From contig JBJTQJ010000040.1 of the NCBI GenBank assembly GCA_046075565.1, positions 25,487 through 89,486 on the forward strand: a stretch of 64,000 nucleotides of DNA, given 5' to 3'. The position numbers and the translations under genes were made by a program. Numbering within the stretch: the first letter of the stretch is position 1; every line of letters starts with the position of its first letter. This stretch comes from Verrucomicrobiales bacterium (GTDB taxonomy: Bacteria; Verrucomicrobiota; Verrucomicrobiia; Verrucomicrobiales; SLCJ01). A model generated the notes under the pieces. It saw nothing but the letters and a program-made list of their open reading frames with translations. It was not told the origin of the DNA and made no database searches. Below are positions 10,930-20,169 of this stretch, in pieces.

Positions 10930-11613
10930 ATGTGACGGATATCCCAAGTCCTCAGCGTAGGTCTGCTTTCCCTCGCTGTCCTGCCCGCCACCACCTCCTG
11001 CGACAAGATTTCAGCGCTCGCCGACCGGGTCCGCGGAAAAAAAGACGTGGCCCAAGAAACCACCGCCCCCGCCGCACCGGGGGAAAAATTGGCCGGGGGG
11101 AAAGCCCACTACATCCAAGAAGCCGACTACGCCCGCCTCGTTCTGGTCGATTTTTACGCCGACTGGTGTGGGCCTTGTCGGGGGCTCGCTCCCACCCTCT
11201 CCACCCTCGCGTCCGAAAATCCGGATCGGCTTCTCGTCATCAAGGTCAATGTTGACGGCTCCCGTTCCTTGGCCAGCCGCCTCGGGGTGCAGGGAATCCC
11301 AGACATCCGGTTTTACCGGGGCGGCAAACAAATCGACTCCATGGTTGGGGCGGCGCCCTTGGAAGACATGCGCCGCATCGTGCAAGCCCACCTGCCTGCC
11401 AAAGAACCCGACCTGGTAGCGGACGCACCCGCCGCGCCCGTCGGCATGGTGAACAAGCTCAAACAGACCTTCACGAAAAAGGAGGAAGCCGCCGCGCCTC
11501 CTCCGACAGCGGCCCAAGTTCCCTCCGTTCCAGCCCAGCCGCCCATCCAGCCTGTCAAAAAGGGCGACGATTGGCTGCCCGAGGGGATGACTAGAGACAA
11601 GGCGCGCGCCTGA
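10930..11613 (+). CDS. Thioredoxin-domain probable lipoprotein; TGA at codon 2 interrupts the signal peptide (ORF-track start 11047)
   Basis: DFYADWCGPC; upstream in-frame M*RISQVLSVGLLSLAVLPATTSC. Confidence 0.75.
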
Positions 11614-11651
11614 TTCCGGCCTGCAGCGCTGGCCTAACGGGGGAGGGAAAC

Positions 11652-11684
11652 GTCAAGCAAAATATGTCTGACATATTTTGTGAC
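11652..11684. repeat. Solo copy of the RAYT-adjacent palindrome
   Basis: Perfect 11-bp arms CAAAATATGTC-T-GACATATTTTG (11658-11680), preceded by GTCAA. Confidence 0.7.
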
Positions 11685-11713
11685 TTACCTCTCGTGGGTC
11701 CTGGGGTCCGAAC

Positions 11714-12805
11714 TCATTTTCCTCGGAATTGATTGAGCGTGGTTTCGATGACGTAATCGGCCAGCTTGTCGAAGGCGTGGTGCCGCGCCGTGTGGTCCTG
11801 GGCCTGGCGGCCGATTTGATGAAGCCCTGCGGGCTCCTGCAGCCGGGCACGCAGAACCTGATAAAGATGGTCTCCCTCGATTCCATAGTAGAGGGCGTGA
11901 ACGCCATCGACCAGCGGAGCATGGCGATGAATGGTTGGATATTGCAGAAGGGGCGCCGAACCCATGGCGGCAGCTTCGTAAGTGCGCGTGCAGTCGTAAC
12001 CGAATCCTTCCGGACTCCAAACGGTCAATGCACGGGCACAACGGGTCAGAAACTCCGGGCGTGAAATTTTAATCTCCGGGATGTCGATGCGAAATCCCTC
12101 CTCGCGCAACCGCAGGAGATTCGCGAGACCCGCAGGACGGTTCGGGCGGTTCTCCACGCGCCCGGCGAAGAACACATCGCTTGATTTTTCCTCTTTCTGT
12201 TTGAGTCCCTTGGCCAGTATCGATGGTTCGACGCCGATGGAGATGGGACGGAGTTTTGGCAAGATGGAAGCAAAAAACGCCTGTCGGGGGATGTTCCCGT
12301 TGTCCTCGTTTTTATCTGTCGTGTAAAGAAAGGAATTGGCGGGATTTTGCGGAAGCTCCCTCTTGAAGTAGAGCTGACTGAGCGCGGCGGCATGAAATCG
12401 CCGGTTGTCGATGATTGGACGATCCTCGAGGTCAAGAACCACCAGACGCGGGGAAAATATCGAAAGTGATCTCTCCACTGCCAGAGCGCGAAGGGCGAGC
12501 GCCGGAGTCAGCGCCGCCCGAGCAAGGTTGGCCACGCGGTGGGTTAGGTTTTTTCGCGGATTCGGGAACGGGCGCGGAATCAATCCGGCGACCACAACGT
12601 CATAGAAGCCAGCCCGGAATTTCGAAATGGCCTGCTCAAGCGAAAGGCCGCGGTCCATGGCGTGACGCTGTTCGCGCAAGCCAGCGTGCACGAATTCCGA
12701 CCCCGGATGGTGGAGAAAATACCGCAGGTCACATTTGCGCTCCTCGCTCCAGCCCAAGTCTCCAAGGCAAAGAATCTTCACGCCTTTTATGCTGTCTGTC
12801 ATCAA
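11714..12805 (-). CDS. Putative GT-B glycosyltransferase
   Basis: YFKREL, DVFFAG, SPEGFGYDCTRTYEAAAMG. Confidence 0.65.
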   Translation of the reverse strand: MMTDSIKGVKILCLGDLGWSEERKCDLRYFLHHPGSEFVHAGLREQRHAMDRGLSLEQAISKFRAGFYDVVVAGLIPRPFPNPRKNLTHRVANLARAALTPALALRALAVERSLSIFSPRLVVLDLEDRPIIDNRRFHAAALSQLYFKRELPQNPANSFLYTTDKNEDNGNIPRQAFFASILPKLRPISIGVEPSILAKGLKQKEEKSSDVFFAGRVENRPNRPAGLANLLRLREEGFRIDIPEIKISRPEFLTRCARALTVWSPEGFGYDCTRTYEAAAMGSAPLLQYPTIHRHAPLVDGVHALYYGIEGDHLYQVLRARLQEPAGLHQIGRQAQDHTARHHAFDKLADYVIETTLNQFRGK

Positions 12806-12993
12806 CCGGGACCCTAACTTCCCGGCTTTGCGTTGCCAAGCCCATTCTGGCCCGAGTGGGCTTCCTCGACACGAGCAGGAGCGCCGAAACCGACTGGCCC
12901 ACCCGCGCTTTTCGGCGGGCAGGGCATGTTCGAAAGCTCAACTCCCCCGCAAAATCCCCTTTTCCAGAAGCCGGGTCCGCTGTTTTGTAAGGG

Positions 12994-14712
12994 ATGGCAT
13001 CTGAAGAGTCCGCATCCGCCCCCCGTCTCGATTTTATCCGCGAGATCATTCGTGATGATCTCGCGTCGGGCAAACATGCCGTGCCCGTCACCCGCTTTCC
13101 GCCGGAACCGAATGGCTACCTGCACATCGGCCATGCCAAGAGCATCTGCCTGAACTTCGGGGTCGCCGAGGAATACGCCGCCACGGGCGCACGCTGCCAC
13201 CTGCGTTTTGACGACACGAACCCAACCCGCGAGGATCAGGAATACGTTGATTCGATCCAGAAGGACGTGCGTTGGCTTGGATTCAACTGGGGCAAACACC
13301 TCTACTTTGCCTCCGATTATTTCGATCATTACGAGAAGTGCGCCCGCCATCTCATCGAAACCGGACGCGCCTACGTGGACGAGCAAACACCCGAGCAAAT
13401 CCGCGCCACCCGCGGCACACTCACCGAACCCGGCACACCCAGCCCGTGGAGGGACCGTCCTACGGCGGAAAGCCAGGAGCTGTTCTCTCGAATGAAAGCG
13501 GGCGAAGTCGCCGAGGGCTCGATGGTCCTGCGCGCGCGCATCGACATGGCTGCCGCCAACCTCAACTTGCGCGATCCAGTCATCTACCGCGTCATCCACG
13601 CCAGCCACCACCACGCCGGCGACAGATGGCGCATGTATCCGATGTATGATTACGCGCATCCGCTCGAGGATGCCTTGGAGGATATCACCCACTCGCTCTG
13701 CACCCTTGAATTCGAAGACCACCGGCCGCTTTACGACTGGGTTATCGAACATTGCCAACCGGTGATAGCGGAAATCAGGGGCCACGAGAGCCGTCCGCGC
13801 CAGATCGAATTCGCCCGCCTGAACCTGACGTATACGGTCATGTCGAAACGCAAACTCCTCCGCCTCGTGCAGGAGAATCTCGTTGATGGCTGGGACGATC
13901 CGCGCATGCCGACCATCTCCGGTCTGCGTCGCCGCGGCGTGCCACCGGAAGCCATCCGCCGCTTTTGCGCCACCATCGGCCTCACCAAGACGAATTCGCT
14001 CAGCGACATCGCCCTGCTCGAGCATGCGACCCGCGAAACGCTGAACCGCACCTCGCCCCGCTACATGGCCGTTCTCGATCCCATCCGGATCACCCTTTCG
14101 AACTGGGATGACGGCCGCGTGGAAAATCTAACAGGGGATTTGAACCCGGAAGATCCCGCCGCCGGTTCGCGTGCGATTCCCTTTGGCAAACATCTGCTCA
14201 TTGAACGCGATGACTTCATGGAGAATCCTCCAAAAGGATACTTCCGCCTTCAGCCCGGTGGCGAGGTGCGCTTGCGCCACGCTTGGATCATCCGCTGCGA
14301 TGAACTGATCCGGGACAGTGATGGACTAGTGATCGAACTGGTTTGTTCGGTCGATCACGACACCCTCGGAAAAAATCCCGAAGGCCGGAAAGTCAAAGGG
14401 GTTATCCATTGGGTATCGGAAGCCCATGCTGTCACGGCCGCCGTGCGCCTCTACGACCGGTTGTTCGCCATGGAAGAACCCGAAGCCGCACCCGGCGAGT
14501 TCACGGATCACATCAATCCCGCCTCGCTCTCCGAACGGGTGGCCAAGGTAGAGCCCGCGCTCGCGGCAGCAGCCACGCCGGAGAATCGCGTGCAGTTCGA
14601 GCGAATCGGTTATTTCTGCTCCGACCGCAACCATTCCACGCCCGAGCATCCGGTCTTCAACCGCACCGTCACCTTGCGTGATTCGTGGGCGAAAGCCGCT
14701 GCCAAGGCCTGA
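12994..14712 (+). CDS. glnS: Glutamine--tRNA ligase
   Basis: TRFPPEPNGYLHIGH, MSKRK, QFERIGYF. Confidence 0.97.
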   Translation: MASEESASAPRLDFIREIIRDDLASGKHAVPVTRFPPEPNGYLHIGHAKSICLNFGVAEEYAATGARCHLRFDDTNPTREDQEYVDSIQKDVRWLGFNWGKHLYFASDYFDHYEKCARHLIETGRAYVDEQTPEQIRATRGTLTEPGTPSPWRDRPTAESQELFSRMKAGEVAEGSMVLRARIDMAAANLNLRDPVIYRVIHASHHHAGDRWRMYPMYDYAHPLEDALEDITHSLCTLEFEDHRPLYDWVIEHCQPVIAEIRGHESRPRQIEFARLNLTYTVMSKRKLLRLVQENLVDGWDDPRMPTISGLRRRGVPPEAIRRFCATIGLTKTNSLSDIALLEHATRETLNRTSPRYMAVLDPIRITLSNWDDGRVENLTGDLNPEDPAAGSRAIPFGKHLLIERDDFMENPPKGYFRLQPGGEVRLRHAWIIRCDELIRDSDGLVIELVCSVDHDTLGKNPEGRKVKGVIHWVSEAHAVTAAVRLYDRLFAMEEPEAAPGEFTDHINPASLSERVAKVEPALAAAATPENRVQFERIGYFCSDRNHSTPEHPVFNRTVTLRDSWAKAAAKA

Positions 14713-14747
14713 CGCTGCCGCCGGTTTCCTAACAAATTTACGACATC

Positions 14748-15200
14748 ATGCGCGCGGTTCTCCAACGGGTCCGGCAGGCCGAGGTAACCTCCGACGGGCG
14801 GGTCACCGGATCCATCGGGCCGGGTTTGGTCATTCTGTTGGGGATTGCCACCGACGACGGACCGGCCGACCGCGACTGGTTAATCCAGAAAATACTCGGC
14901 CAGAAAATCTTCGAGGACGCGGAAGGCAAAATGAACCTCGATGTGGTGGCGGCGGAAGGCGGGCTGCTTGTGGTGAGCCAATTCACCTTGTTGGCCAGCA
15001 CACGCAAGGGCACGAAACCGAGTTGGCATCGCGCCGCCGGGCCCGGGGTAGCATGTCCGCTCTACGAGGATTTTGTTTCCCACCTTGCTGTTGCTGCTGG
15101 CCGAGAGGTGGCCACGGGAATCTTCGGCGAGGAAATGCTCGTCTCGATCTTGAACGAAGGACCGGTCACGCTGATACTCGACAGCCGGCTCAAGGAGTAA
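14748..15200 (+). CDS. dtd: D-aminoacyl-tRNA deacylase
   Basis: MRAVLQRV, VSQFTL, NEGPVT. Confidence 0.96.
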   Translation: MRAVLQRVRQAEVTSDGRVTGSIGPGLVILLGIATDDGPADRDWLIQKILGQKIFEDAEGKMNLDVVAAEGGLLVVSQFTLLASTRKGTKPSWHRAAGPGVACPLYEDFVSHLAVAAGREVATGIFGEEMLVSILNEGPVTLILDSRLKE

Positions 15201-15242
15201 GTTGGAGCCGGAATCCGAAGCCCGATGCCGCGCTTCGGCAAA

Positions 15243-15551
15243 TCAATGTCTGCGTTGTCTGGCCTCGTCCACGGCGTGGCTGGAGCCGTCGGTGGCGAGG
15301 GTGTGCAGTTTGAACCGCACGCGGCAGCCGTTTTTCTCTCCGGCCGCGTCGAGCAGGCTGCGGATAGAACTGATGACGAATCCGTTTTTCCCTATGATAC
15401 GCCCGAGGTCGCTTTCGGCGAGGGTGACGTCGAAGTGGAGCGTGTTACGCACCTCGTCGAAACGGCGGTTGATGGTGGCTTGTTCGGGGCTGTCGATGAG
15501 GGCCCCGATGACAAATTCGGTGAATTCCTGGATGGCGGCTGCGGCGTCCAT
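15243..15551 (-). CDS. khpA: KH-domain RNA-binding protein (KhpA-like)
   Basis: DLGRIIGKNG; downstream of rpsP. Confidence 0.85.
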   Translation of the reverse strand: MDAAAAIQEFTEFVIGALIDSPEQATINRRFDEVRNTLHFDVTLAESDLGRIIGKNGFVISSIRSLLDAAGEKNGCRVRFKLHTLATDGSSHAVDEARQRRH

Positions 15552-15595
15552 GATAAAGTGATGGTAGAGTGGCACAGTCCGGGCCTTGCTTCCAG

Positions 15596-15631
15596 AAAAA
15601 AGAAAGGACCGGCGAGGATTCTTGCCGGTCC
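15596..15631 (-). terminator. Intrinsic terminator after rpsP
   Basis: GGACCGGCAAG-AATC-CTCGCCGGTCC followed by TTTCTTTTTT on the minus strand. Confidence 0.7.
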
Positions 15632-15679
15632 CTCGAATGGAGCGATGGTCAAACCGCTCCGGAAGCTCTGGTCGCCGGC

Positions 15680-15931
15680 TTAGGCGAGCGCTTTTTGGCG
15701 GGCGAACTTGATGATATTCGCGACCTTGTCGGATGGCAGGGCGCCTTGACCTAGCCAGGCTTCAGCCTTGGGAAGGTCGATTTTGAAGTTTTCGCCTTCG
15801 ACGAGCGGGTCATAAACTCCGAGTTGCTCGATATAAGCACCATCGCGGCGGGCGCGTTTGTCCGTGACAACGATGCGGTAGTATGGGCGATTTTTCGTGC
15901 CTTCGCGGCGGAGACGGATAACGGCGGCCAT
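15680..15931 (-). CDS. rpsP: 30S ribosomal protein S16
   Basis: IRLRREGTKNRPYYRIVV...RDG.YIE.LG.YDP. Confidence 0.97.
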   Translation of the reverse strand: MAAVIRLRREGTKNRPYYRIVVTDKRARRDGAYIEQLGVYDPLVEGENFKIDLPKAEAWLGQGALPSDKVANIIKFARQKALA

Positions 15932-16003
15932 GTTTTTAAAGTTTTGTCAGTTAGAAGGGTGGAGAATATGGACTCCCGGAAAAATTTTGCAAATGCTCTT
16001 TTT

Positions 16004-18151
16004 TCAGGCCGTGAACCAGCCGACGAGGCGGTAGGCGGCGAAGGCCGCGATCACGGCAAACAATGACTGGTAGCCGAACTGGAACCAGGCCCATTTCCAG
16101 CGCCCGGACTCACGAGCGGTGGCGGCCAGCGTGGCGATACACTGCATGGCGAAGACGTAAAAAACCAGGAGGGAGGCGCAGGTGGCCTTGGTGAAAACAG
16201 GAGATCCGTCCGGGTGGCGGGCCTCGGCCATCCGCTCCCGGAGAAGCAAATCGCCGTCCCCTTCTTCCTCCTCGGGCTGGAAAAGCGCCCCCAGACGCTC
16301 TCCGAGCGGGGTGGCGTCGATTTCTCCCTCTTCTTCCTCGACGTGGTAAAGAATGTTCATCGTGCCAACAAAGACCTCGCGGGCGGCGAAGGAGGTGACG
16401 ACTGCCGCCCCGGTCTGCCAGTCCCATCCGAGGGGGCGCACGGCGGGTTCGATGGCATGACCAATTCGGCCAATTGCGCTGGCTTCGAGTTTTGCGGCAG
16501 CATCCGGGGCATCGCTTTTCGGATAGGTGGCCAGCGCCCAAAGCAGGATGGATAGCCCGAGAATGATCGTCCCGGCTTTCGTGAGGAACGACCAGGCTGC
16601 CGAACCCGTGGACCGCCCAACTTCCCGCCATGACGGCAACCGGTAACGGGGCAACTCGAGCAGGAAGGGCGGTGGGGCCGCCTTGTGGGGTAAGGTTCGG
16701 TCGAAGAGCCAGGCAAACCCGAAAGCACCCATGGTCCCGAGCGCGTAGAGGCCGAGCATGAACATGGGTTTTTCCATTCCGTCGCCGGGAAATATCGCGG
16801 CGAGCAAAAGGGCATAGACCGGAAGGCGCGCCGAGCAGCTCTGGAAAGGAGCAACCAGAATGGTGATCAACCGCTGGCGTGGATTCTCAATTGTTCGCGC
16901 CGCCATAATGCCGGGAATGGCGCATGCGTAACTCGACATGAGGGGCAGGAATGCCTTTCCATTTAACCCCACTTTTCCCATGACCCGATCCATGAGAAAA
17001 GCCGCCCGGGCGAGGTAGCCGCTTCCTTCGAGGATCCCGATGAATGCGAAAAGAATGATGATTTGGGGCAGGAAGATAATAACACCGCCCACACCCGCGA
17101 TGACGCCGTCGGCGATCAAATCGCGCAAATCACCTTCGGGCATGGAAAGCTTCACCTGATCAGCCAGCCAACCAAAGGTCACATCAATCATGTCCATGGG
17201 CAGGGAGGCCCATCGGAAAAGGGAAAGGAAGACGGTGGCGAATATTCCGCCCATGAGCAACCAACCGAGAACCGGATGAAGGGCGATGCGATCAAAACGA
17301 TCGGAGAAGGAGGCCCGCGCCGGGTCGGCGCCCCGAATCGCGCGCGCCAGCGCGCGGCGGATGAATTCGTAACGAGCCGCAGCCAGTTGGGTGTCCGTCT
17401 CGCCTTCCTTGTCGCCGACGGATTCCTTGGCCAGTTGCCGGGCATACTGCCGCAATGGTTCCGGCAATCTGGAGGCTCCCCCGGGCGAACGATATTGGAT
17501 ATCTCCTAACAAAAGGAGGGCATGAGCTGCGGGATGCCGCAAACCCGCTTCAAGGCAACGCGCCTCCACTCGCATGAGCGCGCTCTGCAAATGGGATGGC
17601 ACTTGCCATGGCCGGACGGGCGGAACGCCCTTCGCGAGGCCGCTCAGCGCCTGTTTCAGTTCCGTGACCCCGCGGCCCAGCGTGGCGCTCACCGCGACCA
17701 CCGGTATACCCAGATCGGCCGATAGCCCGGCGGGATCCAGGCGAAGTCCTTCCCGCTCGGCGGCATCAATTTTGTTGAGGGCCAATAAAATCGGAATGCC
17801 CAGATCGATGAGCTGGGTAACCAGATAGAGATGGCGCTCCAACTGTGAAGCATCGACTACCGCCACCACCGCATCCGGTCTTGCGGCTCCCGGCAGGTCC
17901 CCCAGCAAGGCATCACGCGACACCGCCTCATCCGGGCTTCGGGGTGACAGACTGTAAGTGCCCGGCAGATCCAGCAAGCTGACCTTCACCCCGTGCGGTG
18001 TAAAAATGGACGCTTCGGATTTTCCCACCGTGACCCCGGCGTAATTGCCAGTGCGGGCCTTCTTGCCCGTGAGCGCATTAAAGAGTGTGGACTTCCCGCT
18101 ATTCGGGTTCCCGATCAGAGCAATGCGCGGCAGTGTGGAGGTGGATTCCAT
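16004..18151 (-). CDS. feoB: Ferrous iron transporter FeoB
   Basis: GNPNSGKS, DLPGTYSL, NKID, SCSARLPVY, AMQCIAT. Confidence 0.96.
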   Translation of the reverse strand: MESTSTLPRIALIGNPNSGKSTLFNALTGKKARTGNYAGVTVGKSEASIFTPHGVKVSLLDLPGTYSLSPRSPDEAVSRDALLGDLPGAARPDAVVAVVDASQLERHLYLVTQLIDLGIPILLALNKIDAAEREGLRLDPAGLSADLGIPVVAVSATLGRGVTELKQALSGLAKGVPPVRPWQVPSHLQSALMRVEARCLEAGLRHPAAHALLLLGDIQYRSPGGASRLPEPLRQYARQLAKESVGDKEGETDTQLAAARYEFIRRALARAIRGADPARASFSDRFDRIALHPVLGWLLMGGIFATVFLSLFRWASLPMDMIDVTFGWLADQVKLSMPEGDLRDLIADGVIAGVGGVIIFLPQIIILFAFIGILEGSGYLARAAFLMDRVMGKVGLNGKAFLPLMSSYACAIPGIMAARTIENPRQRLITILVAPFQSCSARLPVYALLLAAIFPGDGMEKPMFMLGLYALGTMGAFGFAWLFDRTLPHKAAPPPFLLELPRYRLPSWREVGRSTGSAAWSFLTKAGTIILGLSILLWALATYPKSDAPDAAAKLEASAIGRIGHAIEPAVRPLGWDWQTGAAVVTSFAAREVFVGTMNILYHVEEEEGEIDATPLGERLGALFQPEEEEGDGDLLLRERMAEARHPDGSPVFTKATCASLLVFYVFAMQCIATLAATARESGRWKWAWFQFGYQSLFAVIAAFAAYRLVGWFTA

Positions 18152-18154
18152 GTC

Positions 18155-18403
18155 TCAGGGCTCACTGGAATCGGTCATCGGGACAACCCGAACATCGCGC
18201 GCCGTGTTCTTGTCTACGGCCAAGCGGGTTCCACAAACGGTGCAAACGAGGAGGTGATGATGCGCCAACTTTTCAACTCGGGCGTCCTCACAGAGACCCA
18301 TTTCACGCAAACGCTGGCAGACCGCCAGTGAGCCGGTCAGACCAGTCACCCGCAGCACCGTGCCCACACTGGCTTTCTCAAGGGTCATTTCCACAGCCGC
18401 CAC
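18155..18403 (-). CDS. feoA: FeoA family protein
   Basis: RLREMGL...GTRLAV; directly upstream of feoB. Confidence 0.9.
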   Translation of the reverse strand: MAAVEMTLEKASVGTVLRVTGLTGSLAVCQRLREMGLCEDARVEKLAHHHLLVCTVCGTRLAVDKNTARDVRVVPMTDSSEP

Positions 18404-18412
18404 TTTATACTA

Positions 18413-18429
18413 ATGAGACAAGGTATCAA
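18413..18429. promoter_or_regulatory. Putative iron-regulator operator ATGAGAC-AAG-GTATCAA
   Basis: Imperfect palindrome next to the feoA start; similar site at 52783. Confidence 0.4.
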
Positions 18430-18556
18430 CTAAAATCCGAGCGACGAATTTTAGCATTTTGCATAAACTGGCAAAAAGTGAGCCCCATAGAGCGATTTTT
18501 CTTTCCTCAAGACCAAATTATGGTAATTTCATCCCAACCACCGCTCCGTTCTAATT

Positions 18557-19402
18557 ATGAAAATCTCGCTTCTCCGACTGGCTATTCTTGCCGCGCTCAC
18601 GACGAGTCCCTAGGTGATGGCACAGAAACTCGCCGAGCCCGCGGCCCCGGCGCCCCAGCCGGTGACTTATCTGCTCGGCACAGGCGTGACTGCTCCCGGG
18701 GCGCTGATGTATCGAGCGCCCGTAGCGGGTCAGTTTCTCGCCCCGATGGTCCCTTCTTCACAGGCCAAGACGGTTTCGGCAGTGGCCGTGGCGATTCCAG
18801 CGGAAACCCTGCCCACGCCAACAGCCGGAGCATCCTCGCTCACCTGCATCCAACTCGCCGCCCGCGTCGAAGTCGAGATTGGCAAGGCGCCATCCGAGGT
18901 GCTCAATATTGTGCGCCGCGCCATGGTGGACAACGATGCCTGCGCCTGCGATGTGGTCAAAGCGGCCATCAAGGCATCCAAGGCCGACGATACCCTCACC
19001 GGCCTGATCGTCGAGACGGCGGTCAAGACCCGGCCGGCCCGGTTCAAGGAAATCGTCGAATGTGCTATTTTGGCCAAACCCACCGCCAGAGCACAGGTGC
19101 GCGCCGCCTTGGAGCGCGTCTTCGGCACCAAAGGCTCCGCCAAGGGCAGAAAAATCGTTGTTGCCAAGGCGGAATCCGCCATGCCCCGCACGGTCGTCAA
19201 AGAAATCCCTGAAATTTTCTTCCCGCCCCTGTTCACCGGCAATCCGCCCCCCAGAGACGGGGATAAGGAAAATGACAAGGACAAGGACAAAGACGGCGGT
19301 GGCGACGGTGGCGGAGCAACCCCCACAAATCCAGTTTTCGACTTCGGTTTGCAGAGTGGCGGCACCAGCTTCGATGACTCGGGCTTTGCTTTTGACTTCT
19401 GA
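18557..19402 (+). pseudogene. Secreted hypothetical protein with in-frame TAG at 18611 within the signal peptide
   Basis: MKISLLRLAILAALTTSP*VMAQKLAEP continues in frame into ORF 18614-19402. Confidence 0.6.
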
Positions 19403-19431
19403 TTCTAACGCCAACTTCTATACCCACGCAT

Positions 19432-19466
19432 CCGCCGAGGCCCAGCCCCGGCGGGTTTTCTTTTTG
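19432..19466 (+). terminator. Intrinsic terminator
   Basis: CCGCCG...CGGCGG stem followed by GTTTTCTTTTT. Confidence 0.65.
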
Positions 19467-19497
19467 CCCCGGACTTCATCCGCTTCCATTTTTGCTG

Positions 19498-20115
19498 ATG
19501 CCCGACCCTCAGATTTTTACCGGCGGTTTTGCCCAAACCAACGGCTACCTTCATGGCCACCCAAGTGGGCCCCTGCTCATCGATGCCCCCTCCGGTAGTC
19601 TTGCTTGGCTCCAAAGGATGGAGAAGAAGCCCGTCGCCTTGTTGCTCACCCACCAGCATTACGACCATGTGGAAGATGCCGCGGCCATCGCGGCATGGGC
19701 CGGATGCCCCATTATCGCGTGGAGTCCCTATGAAGAAATGCTGACCTTGGTTCCGCTCATGCGTGTGGTCGGCATGGAAATCGAGGTCGCGCCGTATTGG
19801 GTCACCACCACGCTCGAAGGGAAAACAGAGCTTCCGTTGCCGGGAGTGGATTGCCGACTGCTCCACCTACCGGGCCATGCCATCGACAGTGTGGTCTTTT
19901 ACTTCCCCGGAGAATCCATCGCCTATGTCGGCGACACGCTGATGCCCGGTGGCATGGGCCGCACCGATCTACCGGGCGGAAGCTGGCAGCAGTTGGAAGA
20001 AGGCATCCGAGAAAAACTCTTCACCTTGCCACCGGAAACCCTCGCCCTCTCCGGCCACGGACCACCCACCACCATAGGACGGGAAATGGCCACCAATCCC
20101 TTCTTGCGCGTTTGA
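19498..20115 (+). CDS. MBL-fold metallo-hydrolase (glyoxalase II-like)
   Basis: THQHYDH, PGH, GDTL, GRTDLPGG, GHGPPTT. Confidence 0.92.
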   Translation: MPDPQIFTGGFAQTNGYLHGHPSGPLLIDAPSGSLAWLQRMEKKPVALLLTHQHYDHVEDAAAIAAWAGCPIIAWSPYEEMLTLVPLMRVVGMEIEVAPYWVTTTLEGKTELPLPGVDCRLLHLPGHAIDSVVFYFPGESIAYVGDTLMPGGMGRTDLPGGSWQQLEEGIREKLFTLPPETLALSGHGPPTTIGREMATNPFLRV

Positions 20116-20169
20116 GACCCGCGGTCGTTGCGGCGTCCCCGAATATCGCTATCTTGCGCCCCTCCCCCG

